A stretch of 64,000 nucleotides of DNA from Octopus vulgaris (taxonomy: Eukaryota): assembly GCA_951406725.2 (NCBI GenBank), contig OX597818.1, positions 107,260,001 to 107,324,000 on the forward strand, given 5' to 3'. Below the pieces are notes generated by a model. That model was not told the DNA's origin. It made no database searches and saw nothing but the letters and a program-made list of their open reading frames with translations. Below are positions 40,181 to 52,729 of the stretch, in pieces (positions within the stretch are counted from its first letter, which is position 1; every line of letters begins with the position of its first letter). The position numbers and the translations under genes are program-made.

Positions 40181-42300
40181 AACTTTCTTTCTAAAATAAT
40201 TTTTAACCAAGTGATTTGTTTAATATTTGTGCTGAAACTCATTTCTAACCAAAAGAAATGCAGTTAACAAGTGCAGTGACTGAACAGCACAACTTGCAGA
40301 CAAGCAATGATTTTATGCAGTATTATGTATGCATAAATAGTCAGATGTGTATGTGTAAAGAGAGGGAGGAAAAGTGTGTGTCTGCTGTATGTAGTTTGTA
40401 CAAGGTAAGAGATAAACAAAAGCAAGTACGGAAGAACAGTGAAAGCAGAATACACCATGGTAACATTTGTAGTGTCATTTCCTATTAGTTTATGGAAGTC
40501 ATTTGTGACGTCCGTGTATTTAATGCAAGTTTTTATATCTGCTATAAGAGCACTCTCTCCGTTGTAATAGGGACGTCTGTCGAGTTTGATTTGGAAAGCT
40601 GGATGTTCAGATTTTTTGTTAGTAAGAATGCTTCTTGAAATATTTCTTCATAAATATTGTGGATGATGAAGATGGAATTATTTTGTTTGTTCCATCGTGT
40701 TTTCAATGCCATTAGTACTGTATCACAGAGTTTCTAAAGCTTTTGCATCACATTTACCAATTTATTTTTTGTGTGTTACATGTTTAAATGTATTCTGTGA
40801 AGGTTTTGGCAGGGTGACCGTAGATAATGGTACTTCTGGTTTTCAATGTGGTTCTTGTTACTATCATTATCCATGTAAAGTGTATTTTCTGAGTTATTTA
40901 AAAATGTTGTTGTCTGTTGATTTTGTAAGTATTTTGACAAGTTGTAGCCTTTCTCCTGTACTTAGCAAAGTATTTCAATCAGTTATGAAGGCAGTGTTAT
41001 AGCTTTTGAAGAAGATTCAGCTGTAATTTCTTGCACATTGAGCAAGTATTTCAAGGCTTCTTTGGCAGCTTGCTCCACAGCAGGACACAATGATTAGATA
41101 GCTTATCATTGCCTTTTTTTTTATATTTGCAATTTATTCAAAATGAAAACTGTTCGGCTGCCGAAAGATAAATAGGTTGAATAGTCCCATCAGAGGCACC
41201 AATTTGGAATTTCTGTTAATGCTTCACTCTCTACTTTTGCAAGATTGTAAGATTTAAGTGTAAGACAATTGATCACATGACCATTATATCAAATCATGTT
41301 AGATTCAGTTTTTTCTGCCACTGGAAACAGAAAATTATTCTGCTTGGTTGAGCAAAGATATTATTTCCACTTAACGGCTGAGTGATTAGGAAAAGAAATG
41401 ACATCCAATTGGAAAAAAAAGTTGTGCCAACAATATATAAATGAAAAAATTTACAAAAACTATCTTACTTATCCTCATGTGGGAGAAAGAAAACAGTGCA
41501 GAAGTGAATTCTATCTGACTGTCTGCTACTTCACTGTAACTGATTCATGGTAGAATGGGGAATATTATTTGAGAGTATGTATATATAATAACCATTATAT
41601 TTGCAGCCCACCATGCAACAGTGCTATACTGGATTAACAATTTGAAGAATTATATATTGGTGATACTGCTTTAAGCATTCCTCCTGCTAAGATCTGCTGG
41701 AGTTGGCAGATCCTCAAAGTATTCTCTTGTAGTTTTGCTGTTAAATTTTTTTTTCTATTATGATGATGTATGCTGCCTAAATACAAATTAAACGTGTGCA
41801 TCCTTGAAACATAAAAATTTTTCTGGCTTAAGATTGGCCTGTTAACTAAAAGAAACTTGCTTCTCAGTATATATTTAAAAAATTATTTACCTTTTGCTAG
41901 CAGTTATAAGTTGAAAAGAGATTAGCAGCTAAAAATGTTCTACAAATCCTTAACATGCTCAGTTCAGAGTGTTGGGAGATAACTAGAGTTTGTACCTGAA
42001 CTCCATATTCAGAGTACTAAAAGGGTACATCCTTCAAATAAAAAGAAATCGACTGAAATCTACTAAATGGAAATACCTATGAATTACTTGGAATTCGTAA
42101 TCTGTGACTCTAATACCCTACCACTACTAACAAGGGTCCCACATTCAAGACAAGTCGTTATTATTTTCGATTCGAAACTTTTCATTCCCAACTGATTTTA
42201 AGTCATTCTCTGAATAGCTTTGCTTCGATTCATCTTTATCTTTATCTTGGAAAGCTTGTAGTATCTCAATAGTTACAAACTCTCTATGTCTTTGTCTTTG

Positions 42301-42681
42301 TGAAGGCACATAGCTTAGTGGTTACTGGTATTCAGCTCATGATCATAAGGTTATGAGTTCAATTCCTGGTGGTGCATTGTCTCCTTGAGCAAGACACTTT
42401 ATTTCTAATTGTTCCAATCCACTAAGCTGGCAATGATGAATTGTATTTGTAATTCAAAGGGCCAGCCTTGTTACATTCTGTGTCATGCTAAATCTCCCTG
42501 AGAACTACATTGAGGATACATGTGTCTGTGGAATGCTCAGCCACTTGCATGTTAATTTTACGAACAGGCATGGTGTCCCAGCATGGCCACGGCCTTCGGG
42601 CTAAAACAGTTTTAAGGATTTAAGGCTGTTATATTGATCAGATCAACTGGAACCCTCATCGTCATAACCGACGGAGTGCCA
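42301..42681 (+). mobile_element. tRNA-derived SINE family D with a small internal insertion
   Basis: TAGCTTAGTGGTTA (A box), GAGTTCAATTCC (B box), CCTTGAGCAAGACAC, ending AACCGACGGAGTGCCA. Insert at ~42570-42622. Confidence 0.85.
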
Positions 42682-42862
42682 TTATTTATTCTGTATTTAT
42701 TCTGACTGACCAATCAATGCTTAGTTAAACTGGACAGTAAGTAAATGCTTAGCCCACTGCCACTATATCAAAACTTTGGCTAAGCACCAATTAGGTATTG
42801 TTATGAGAACTGTGCAGGTTGTGTACCAGGGTATAATCAATAACAAGGCCTGAAGTTTTATA

Positions 42863-43689
42863 CGAGATCCATTCAAAATGTATCCAACTTTATTTTTTTC
42901 CTGCCATAACTAATGCTGCATGGGCAAAATCCTTTGGGTGGGAGGTGATGCTACTCCCCCTTATGTATGAAAGTTTTTGTGCCTGTAAGATGGCTGTTAT
43001 GCCTTGTGTACAGACATGTGGCACCAAATGCATTGAGCAGAGATGTTGCATCAAGTTTTGCCAAAAGCTTGGCAATACTTAAGCTCAAACCACCCAGAAG
43101 ATTCAGCAGGCCTTTGGCAATTATATCGTGGGCAAAACTAAGATCAAAGTGTGTTACAACTGTTTGAAACATGGCTGCACCTCGGTGGAGAGTGAGGCAT
43201 GCTCAGGCAGGCCATCCACAAGCTGAAACAAGGAACTGATTGGGAAGGTTCTGTAAACAGTGATGGAAATACTGTCACATAACAATCCAGGAAATTTCTC
43301 ACAAAGTAGGAATATGCACAGCATGAGTACATTCCATTTTAACAGAGGATTTGTGCATGTGGAGAGTGTCAGCAAAACTCATCCCCCAAGGCGTTGGTGG
43401 AGCTGCAAAGCAAATCTACATGGAAATCACTCAGGTCATGCTGAACTGTGCAAACTATGATATGGATTTCATGAAGACCATCATCACCGGTGATGAGACA
43501 TGGGTTTATGGTCTCTGCTCAAAGTGTTTGGTCATCTTGAGTGAAGACGAACATCTGCACTCTAGGCATAACAGCAGAGAACTGACGTTAACTACCAGAG
43601 CAAAAATTTTCACACATGTGCAGAAAGGGTTGCATCATCTCCTACCCCACAAAAAATAATAAAGTCGGATACTTTCCGAATGCACCTTG
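42863..43689 (+). mobile_element. Internally deleted mariner
   Basis: Imperfect TIRs CGAGATCCATTCAAAATGTATCCAACTTTA and TAAAGTCGGATACTTTCCGAATGCACCTTG; motifs IEQRCCIKFCQKLG, SGRPSTS, RVSAKLIP and IITGDETWVYG. Confidence 0.9.
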
Positions 43690-44703
43690 TTGATATACAA
43701 TGGCACCCAATTAAATAACTTCATTTTTGGAGTAACATTTTACTGTTATTAAAGAAAATATTTTTAATACTTTCACTGGAATTGATGAGTCCAAACTTCC
43801 ATATTATCATCATTTATAAAACTACATTTCATCAAGGATCAAATTGGTGTAAAGTTTTATTTATTTAGTTAATTCTTCCTAGGCATAAAATAAAAATAAA
43901 AATAAAAATAAGAAAAAAGTGGAAATTTTACAGGTGAGTGTGTTACATAATAAAGCACAAAAAGAAAATGACTCTCCCCAGACACAACAGAATATAATAC
44001 TTTATTATTTAATATATTCTTGTCTTTTTAGACAGGAGGGAAATTTAGCTTCTGTTTCTTGCAGGTGGAGAAACTACATAAAAACTCCCTTACTGGTTAA
44101 ACAGATACTTCTGTAAATGCAAGAAGAATCCAATAAATTGATTGTAATATCAAATGATTTATCTATGATACTAGATTGAAAGCCTTTCTGTGCTCCATTG
44201 AAAGGCAAGGATAAATATAAAACATGGCTTTCTAATTCCAACAGAAAACGTCAACTTACACAAAGATATTATCTTAGGATTTTGTTATTATCAATGGGAA
44301 ACTGTTATTTAAGAGAACTTATTTAAGAAGTGATGCAACAAGCTGACAAAGAGGAAACTTCAACAAAATTCATGCAATGTGAGGACAACCAATTCAAAAA
44401 TGTATCTCATAAATATTAGAAGAACCAAACATTTGAAGTGATATTCTAATAAGCAGAAAGAAGGATGTATTATATAAAATGTAAGGTATGATGTTCTATA
44501 TGTCATGAATAAAAAATTCTGTACTGGAATTTCCATTTTTGTTAGAGGAAGAAAACAAAAACCATGTTGCAGTTGTTAGTATCTCTCAAAGAAATAAGGA
44601 GATAGTTTCAAATAATTAAGAATTAATCTTACAAAGTTAATTAATATGTTTTGTGGAAAGTTTGATACTTGTTTATTGGCAAAAACTTTAAAAATAAAAC
44701 CCT

Positions 44704-44743
44704 ACTCTGAGCATTTCCGTCCACTGGACTTCATCAGGAAAGT
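44704..44743 (-). ncRNA. Compact hammerhead ribozyme relic
   Basis: Minus strand ACTTTC-CTGATGA-AGTCC-AGT-GGAC-G-GAAA-TGC-TC-AGAGT: stem II GTCC/GGAC, stem I ACUUU/AGAGU, and AATAAA about 30 nt downstream. Confidence 0.5.
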
Positions 44744-44828
44744 CAAACAAAAATGTTTGATTAGTTGACAAAAATTTTTACAAACAGAAAAATGATTACC
44801 AGAATCTTTTGACCAATATTATTTACAA

Positions 44829-45035
44829 GGTGGCAAGCTGGCAGAAATATTAGCATGCCAAGCGAAATGCTTAGAGGTATTTCGTCTGTCTTTACATTCT
44901 TAGTTCAAATTCTGCTGAGGTCGACTTTGCTTTTCATCCTTTGGGATAAATTAAGTACCAGCTGCATACAAAGGTCGATCTAATCGACTGGCCACTTCCC
45001 ACCAAATTTCAGTCCTTGTGCCTAGAGAAGGAAAG
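44829..45035 (+). mobile_element. SINE family B variant
   Basis: GGTGGCAAGCTGGCAGAA head; imperfect TSD AATAT(T/G)ATTTACAA. Further copies at 53519-53730(+) and 56775-56934(-). Confidence 0.85.
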
Positions 45036-45189
45036 AATATGATTTACAAAAGCAAACCCAAAAATAATTGCTAAGGGAAATAACCGAAATAAATTAGTGA
45101 CATAAATTTAGCTAAATATATTAATTAATGATGTTCTGAATGTTGTATGGAGCATTTTTTAATTTGCTGAAAATTCACTCATCATTTGT

Positions 45190-46760
45190 AAAAAAAGCAA
45201 CAAAAAGAAAACATCAATGCCCTGATCTCATAATTGGTGACTTTCAATGAAAAGAGGAGATAATTTCAAGAAATTAGAATTAATCTCTCAAATTAAGTTT
45301 ACATTATTAGAAAAAAATCTGATCAAAATTTATTTGTAATTTGTTTTTTGTTTGTAAAAATTGAATCACCAAAGTAGATTTGGACATGCAACACAAGCCT
45401 AGTCAAAGAGTCTGAATCCTGTCCATTGTTGATGAGTGCCTTCAAATAGATTTTAGGTTTTTCTCTAAGTATATAAATTAATTCTACGACCAATTTTTAA
45501 TTTCTTAAGATTATACACCCTGGTCTTTGAAAACTACCAAATTCTGCTGGCAGAATTTTCAATGAATTATTTCTTTGCATATGATATTCAGTAAACAACT
45601 TATCTATCCAAATTCAGTCTATTTATCAACTCACTGTCAATGATACATTTGAGTTACTTCCCTTAGCTGATTTTATTTTCAAATTATATACACCACAAAA
45701 ATACTTATCATTTGCTGATTTGACTCCTTATTTATTATTATCTTTTCTTTTTTTGTCGGGCCAATGCACTGGATTGGAAAGTTTTAAAGCAATTATTATG
45801 GAATAAGTGTTATGTTTAGAAAAAGTGTTAGCAGCAGTGACAGGTGGATGAATGAAAAGCAATATAATTTCTGATTTCCTTGCTATTGTGGTTGATTTAA
45901 TGTTACTCCTTGAAGTTTGCAGAAAGGAAAATAATTACGAGTAATATTCTATGACATGTGCGACATAAAGGGACGTATCTAATTCACAGTCAAGTTAGTG
46001 CCAATAGCTTGCCATTGGCAGTCTCAGAGTCTACATGTGTGGTAAATCTCAAGAGGAATCTAGGTTTTCTCTTGAATGAATTGTCAAGTTCTGACAGAGA
46101 ATATTAAATATCAATCTAATTCATTTTCTAATAATAAAAACTGGAAGTTTTTCATGCACCATGAAATCATGAACTTCACATATATGTTTAGGTCCTTAAC
46201 TGCTAGTTATTTACAAACACTTGGGTTTAAAGAGGAAGAGACCCACCACCATCTCACAATTATGTTGATCATGGCATTAAGCTCTTTCACCTATTTGTAA
46301 CAAGTCAGTAGTTTCACGGTTTAAAATGCATTTTTTAGCCTACCTAAACAGCAATGTGGATGGATGCTTTTGAAAAGCAAACAGCTCTAAGAAGATCACT
46401 AGTTGTCAAAAGGCAAAATTAAAAAAACGATGTGAAAGTTGATGTCTTTGCATTTAGCTATATGTCAGCATTACTGAAACAATATATAATTGCTGTAGAG
46501 TCTCCTATTTTCTGAATAACACTAAGAGGCTTTATTAACTAAATCTGATTTTCCTTCAACAGGTTTCTGTAGAGTTCTTTTAAGTGAGCTAATGGTGTTT
46601 TTTTTTTTTTTACAGACTCTCAGTACAATAGAAACTATTTGCTTGGCGACCATTTTCTTTGGACATTGAAGTCTGAGGTTGCATTGCATTCCATATTAAT
46701 TCCTTGATATAATATACCGGGAGGTTTTTATGATCCTAAGGAGGATTACTGTGACCATGA
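45190..46760 (-). pseudogene. LRR-only relic
   Basis: Minus: TPLAHLKELYRNLL (~46580), SLSELDNSF (~46090), AANTFSKHNTYSIIIALKL (~45810), YFCGVYNLK (~45690) and YNLKKLKIGRRIN (~45500). Confidence 0.35.
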
Positions 46761-47047
46761 TAGCATATATAATGCTATGAACTCAATAGAATGGAATTAA
46801 TATTTTAATCTCTGCCACAGATAATCTCATACATAAACATACTCTACACATTTCACTCACAAGTATGTATTTATATGCTGGGGGGGGGGGGGGGATAAAT
46901 TAAGGAGTAAACTCACAAATTGTATACATACATCAACTGTATGAATATGTGCATGTGTATCTGTATGTAAATGGATGTGTACATGTACAGGCATATATTT
47001 ATATACTGCATGTGTGTGTGTACATATATATATATATATAAATATAT

Positions 47048-47085
<38 letters not shown>

Positions 47086-48179
47086 GTATAAATATATATA
47101 TATACACATATGCATCTGCATATGTATTCCATTTGTAAAACTATTAAATATTTTTTTTTACTTTTGTTACCAATTTTAGAATTGATTCTTTGTATTATTA
47201 AACAATAATAATAAAAAAAAATGAACATTTTTTTAAATGAAAAAGACACCAAAGCACTCGAGAGATCTAAGTATGTAATAGTGATATCCAGTATTTTACT
47301 AGAGATAGAGTTAAGTAACTGAAACCATAGATTCTATTTGCAGACAATAAATCATTTTAGTTGCAAAACAATAAATAATATGAAAACAAAAATTTTGAAA
47401 TAGTTTCTTGTTGTTAGTCAACCATTGAAATCTGCATATAAAACACCAGAAATAATGCAATATCTACAGAAAAACTCCATATATTAAATATCTTCGTTCT
47501 ATATATTTAGAAAGGACATTTCTTTTTATTTTTATCTTATCTTTTAGCAATTCAACATTTGATATTTTTAGTTTTAAATATTTTTTTTCTTAACAATTTA
47601 TTTTGTTGTCTTTTACATCCTGTTGGAGTTTGAACATTAGTATCTTGTCCATTATTGGACATTAGAGATTTGTTCCAGTAATAAAAACCAGCAAGTCACC
47701 AGTGACACAACGGTTGCTCATTCTCAATTTAGCATTCTGCCAGTGTGGATTCACTGATTTATAGTCAGGAAAATTGATGGATCCACTCTAAAATCAAACT
47801 TCCAATCACTTCTTATTCAGACTGTAAGTCTGTCTCACTTTATCAATACACAGCTGACCTAAGTCTACCAAGGTTATGAATCTATGTTCCTTTACATAAT
47901 TAATCTAGGAAAGATTTCAAAATTTGCATTTCATCAAATGAATTTTACACATTTCAGCTTGATGGATTAGGCCATTGTAACAGACTCAAAGAATTTTACA
48001 GCAAGGTGTGTATATATATATATATATATATACACATATGAGATACTCTAAATCCACAGAAAAGTCTCTAGGAGCTAAATTCTAACCAGAATAAAGAAAC
48101 AAATGGGAATGACATAACGTTGTGTCCAAACTAGAGCAAAGGTAAATTTAATGTGATGTGACTAGATTTGTTGCTATGG

Positions 48180-48210
<31 letters not shown>

Positions 48211-48899
48211 TTATGCCATAACCAATGGAATTTACTTCTGCAAGCATCAAATGTCTTTTCAGAATTCAGTGAGTAAATAAAACAAATTATATGTAATTGA
48301 CCAATATCTAAATGTAATGTCCAGCTATACTCAGTGCCGGCAGTGATGGTGGTGAGGAGAAATTACGTATAAAATGTTTGTGTTCTTTTAGTATCACTGG
48401 TGTTGTGATATTCTTCTTATCTTAATTTATCCAGCTCATTTTGGATATCAAGATATGGATGGCTTTATGTTATAAAATCATTTATTCTGATGGAAGTTAC
48501 TTTAAATATAGCTGAAGTTAATTTCATTTTATCTGTGTTCAATCATTGAGATATGAAAAAACTGCTAGTAATGTAACATCAACGTGAGAAATAATCATAA
48601 GATTAATTCAAGAGTAATTAAAAAAGTAGTGAAAGTGATTAAAGTAGGAATAGCTTCAAGTCCTTGAAGAGTAGTTGATCACAATATATAGACACTGTCT
48701 AATGGCAGGGTATGATTTCAGGGTGGTTAATTGCTATTTCTAGAAGACTTAATAACTACACCAAGGCTCCCTCATCAGAACATAGAGGTATTTTCCTCCA
48801 AAATGTTTTAAAGAATTCTGTATAACGTCAGTTATACTTAACAATATAGCTGTAATGAAAATTGAATTAATTCCAACACTGCCTGTGTGAATATAGTAT

Positions 48900-50850
48900 C
48901 CTAATGAAAAATGGCAAATGTCATAACACTATTTGCCATACTTTTAAAACTGAAAATGCAGTCAAAAGAGAGTCAGAAATTGTCAGATATATTCTTTGAA
49001 GAAACAATACTGCCACAAGGCAAAGAAACTTCGAAATCAAAATAAGAGACTCTAGACATGATATACGAGATGCATTTCAGAAGTCTCTTATGTTCTTTTA
49101 GGATAGGCACCAATAACTTATCTAGATTATTGTAATTCCAGTTCATGGTTACTATACTTCTAAGAAACTGACCTGTCAACTTATGTCATTCCAGATTGAA
49201 GAAGATACCTGCTGTAATGGCACTTGGAACACACCTTGCTAATTACTGCTTATCACAAGGGACTTTCAGAATGCAGTTGGGACGTTTAGAATTTCACTGT
49301 GGCATAACGATTTGTGGTGAACTGAGAAAAAATGCTACAGAAACTTATGTAAAGCTCCAGACTGGTCATGGTTATGGATTAACTTTTCCCATGGCACAAG
49401 AGGTTCGAGGACGGTAGAGAGTGAGTGAAAGAGGATGAGAAGTGTGGCGGGGCGGGGGACATCACAACATCAGAGTTGTTTGAGAAAATTCTTAATTTCC
49501 TGAATGAAGACAGCCGTGACAATAAGCAATAGTTTGAAATTGGTAGGGTAAGTGTACATCGAATTATTCATGGAGATCAAAACAAATGCCAAGTTTTTTT
49601 CCCAGGATGCTTATCTCTGAGCATCCTGGTAACCATTTCCTTGATAGAGATTGGCATCAAAACTCCAGTCTCCTTACTCTCCAGTCTCCTTACTCTCCAA
49701 TCTCCTTACTCTCCAATCTCCTTACTCTCCAGACCTTGTGACTTTTGGTTTTTCCTCAAGCTGAAAGAGAACCTTAGGGGCAGTCATCTTGAAGATGAAG
49801 GCAGCTGTGACAAGGGTCCTGGATACCTTCTCTTTGGGGAACTTTTATGGGGTCTTCACAAAGTGGCTGGAGTTCTACAACAAGTAGATCGAAGTTGGAG
49901 AGACCACTTTGAAGATCAGCGTTTTGTACTTCTTTAAAATTCCTAAATGTCTCTCCTGAAAAAGTCTGAAACCTCCAGGAATGCACTTTGTAGATCTATG
50001 GCTAGTAGTAAATTTTGTTGTCTCAGATTTCATGAGACCCTTGAAATGGACTTGTCAGTTCTGATACTGGAACTATAGTTAGTAAAAGGCTCTGAGGCAA
50101 AGGACATTAGAATAATGCTACATAAGAGAAAGCCTAGTTGTTTCGTTTGTTAGAGTAAAATAGAACTTAGTGCTGAATGTCCCGTAGAAGTTGGAAGGTT
50201 GAGCAAAAAGCCAAGAAAAAACTGGGAAAAAACGAGGGATACAAGCATAATGAAAATCAACAACAATAATAAAAAAAAACTACAAGACCCAATTTTCAAA
50301 TTTAACCAAAACTCTTGGGATGGCAACGAAAGATCTTTAGGCCCAGTATCACAAATAAAGGAATGAATACCTCGTCCCATAGCTGTATCAATTTGTAATC
50401 ACAGAGAAAAACACGAAAGAAAACATGAAAATATCATCAAACATGATTCAACACAAAACAACGGAAACATGTAAGAGGAAACAATTTCTTGTAAACGACA
50501 ACCAAATCCCTCCTCAAATAAACAACGAGGAAAATGCAGAGGATGCAGCTGAGGTGAGATTCATTGTTGTTCGAAATGCAAACAAAGAGAAAACAGACAA
50601 AATTACGAATCTGTGATGCCAAGTGTTGACAGGTTCAAAATATAAACCACTTGCAAAAAGAGAATACCAGTCTAATTAGAATTAATACATTATATCGAAC
50701 TTTAAAAACGAATTGCCTGAAGACGTTGGTGTTTTTCAACATCAAAGGTCTTAAAAACATGCTCACTTGTGCATTCGATTACACTTGAATGCAATTTGGG
50801 AAATGGTGAAGCGAATAGAGTCGTGAAGTATCCAGATCAACCAAGCCAGA
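48900..50850 (+). mobile_element. L1/Tx1-type ORF1 remnant, interrupted by a mariner
   Basis: GKCHN..FKTE..EIVR..QRNFEIKIRDSRH before the mariner; zinc knuckle RKPSCFVC*SKIELSAECP at ~50127-50185; homologous to 52730-53270. Confidence 0.7.
49066..49990 (+). mobile_element. Decayed mariner with TA TSD
   Basis: TA-CGAGATGCATTTCAGAAG...GGAATGCACTTTG-TA; motifs LRKNATETY, WHKRFEDG, PYSPDL/CDFWFFLKLK. Confidence 0.9.
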
Positions 50851-51339
50851 AAAAGACTTTTATGTCTTGTCTCTTAAAATTGTCTTGGTTAAATTATTGG
50901 ATATTTCACTTTATTTTTATTTATTTTCGTGCAAATATGTGTACATGTATACATATGTGTATAATTATGCATACGTGCATGCACGTGTGTATATGTATGC
51001 ATGTGTATATAAATGTATGTACGTGTGTGTGCGTATGCACCTTTAAAATTCTTAATATATCCTTCTGTATAATGAATGGAGTTTCTTACTTCCTAATTTG
51101 TCAACGTTTTTTAAAATTTTGTTTTATTTTGTTTTGTTTTGCACCCTCCACGTTAATCTCTCTTTTTTTGTAATCCCTTAATTCAGATTTTTATAATCAT
51201 TTCAAACACTTGTGGCTAAATAAGAAAAAGTCGTCACCATCGTCCTAGTCGTCGTCATTATCATCGTCGTAACCAACATTATCCAGCAATAATGTCTACT
51301 CACAATTCCTGTTACAGTTGAAGATAGTGGGAACCAGAG

Positions 51340-51945
51340 AGTATGGAACAATCTGTTTCCAGGTGTCACTTTCAAATCTCTTCTTGATCAATTTGATCAA
51401 TTTTCAAGGTGTCGCCTGCTTTCAGCTTGTGCAAAATTCACAGAGGACTGGATTGATGTCCTGCCTGTGGCCCAGCATTGGGAGGTCTACTCTGTCCAGG
51501 TGAGCTCCGCATCTCCATCACACTCAGAGTGGGAGCTAACGTCTGTAGGGACTGAGATGTCACTGTGGTAGGCCCATTGACCCCACAGGTCTTCTCAGTC
51601 TGTCTAGCTGCCTAAATGCTGGTCGTTTCACTCGTCACACAGAGCTAGACTTAATCATTAAGCGGACCCAGTCTTGGGTTAATATCCCCTCAGTTCTGGA
51701 GCCAACAAGATTATCCAAAACTGATGGAAAGAGACCAGATGGTCTCTGTCCCTAGTTTAGAGGTAGGTGCTTCATCTGGGATGTCACAGTCTGTGACTCT
51801 TCTGTTCCCTCTCACATCCTGGATGCTGCGGTAAATGGGAGGGTCAGTTCTTCCATAGCCGAACGGAACAAAACTCTGAAGTATTGGAACCTGACAGCGA
51901 ACTATAATATTAGATGTTTGAGACGTTTGAAGAGACTGGGCCACT
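51340..51945 (+). mobile_element. CRE-clade non-LTR element C-terminus (Zn motif and restriction-like endonuclease)
   Basis: ELRISITLRVG, CHCGRPID, AGRFTRHTELDLIIKR, IPSVLEPTRLSKTDGKRPDG, GRCFIWDVTVCD and AERNKTLKYWNL. Confidence 0.85.
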
Positions 51946-52729
51946 AACCACGAACTTATATTATGAAAGAATCGTGTTCAGAGTAATATTAGTCACCAAT
52001 CGGAACTGTTCAATATTAATGCTCAATTCACCAACGTCATCTACTCTCGTCTCTTTTCTATACATTGACTGTAGAGTCACAACTACAGACAACAAGAAAT
52101 ACTTTTAAAAAAAACGTAACCAGCAACGTTTTGTTGTCATATTTTCTTTCTTTTAATTACGATTTGTTTTAATAATTATGTTTTATCATACTTCCTTTAC
52201 TTTTGTACATTTGTTGGTGCTCTATCATTTTGATTCTTACACACACTCACTCACACTCTCTCTCTCCCCCCCTCTCTCTCTCACACACATACACACATGC
52301 ATTATGAGCATATTTTATAGAATGCTTTGTTTGGTGCACTACAACTCGTCTGAAAATGTGTGTACCTGTGTGTACCTGTGTGTACCTGTGTGTTCTTGTG
52401 TGCGGATTTTTTTCTTTTTGGTGATGTAAAACGTCTTTTGTTTCTGTCCCCATGTTTTTAAAACTTATTCTTTCCCATTCTTGTAAATCCCTTGTTTTCT
52501 GTCGATGGAATCATTTTGTAAACTCCAGCAGCATTTCTTTGCTGTCGAAGCTAATCAAAGAGGGGAAGAGAAAAATTATTTCCACTTACAAAAATGGGAG
52601 ACGATAATAAATTTTCCCATTGCTTCACATAGTACAAAGCCTCCAGGATCTTAATCTTTTTATTCATTATCTATTTCAGGCAGAAACTGGAGCCACGCTT
52701 AAGCACCACTTTTATTGAGAGAAATTATA

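Larger units (their letters stand above)
35820..41100 (-). pseudogene. Toll-like receptor relic 3 (LRRNT, LRRs, LRRCT, TM, TIR)
   Basis: Minus: ASCQRS/LKYLLN (~41060), TDNNIFK*LRK, ALETL*YSTNGIEN (~40720), FTMTCEC/NLKEWLERVTHSHCCSL..ENLLG..FKSTESLHC (~38010-38190), WCIYSSLNW, LSDIFTKADVS/KNKIIFIVVSTTFHCKEY*CQ (~36750-36850), KLNWP/DTMWARII (~35845-35910). Confidence 0.6.
41150..44260 (+). pseudogene. Toll-like receptor relic 4 (LRRs, TIR)
   Basis: Plus: KNLQKLSY (~41445), CYTGLT/FEELYIGD (~41625), SLKHKNFSGLRL, SIFRVLKGYILQIKRNRLKS (~42000), TIR-like TVIKENIFNTFTGIDESKL/HIIIIYKTTFHQGSNWCKV (43742-43856), LSVLH*K and MAF*FQQK (~44185-44250). Confidence 0.6.

Noticed and set aside
45950-46050. 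TNF-like string HVRHKGTYLIHSQVS on the plus strand
   Set aside because: A stop lies immediately upstream, no other TNF strands are present, and the opposite strand looks LRR-like.
48973-49179. Minus ORF resembling a polycystin TOP-domain start
   Set aside because: More than half of it is the antisense of the mariner TIR and 5' UTR.
50715-50750. CTGAAGA followed by a hairpin as a hammerhead
   Set aside because: No GAAA or stem I, and it lies within the LINE ORF1 remnant.
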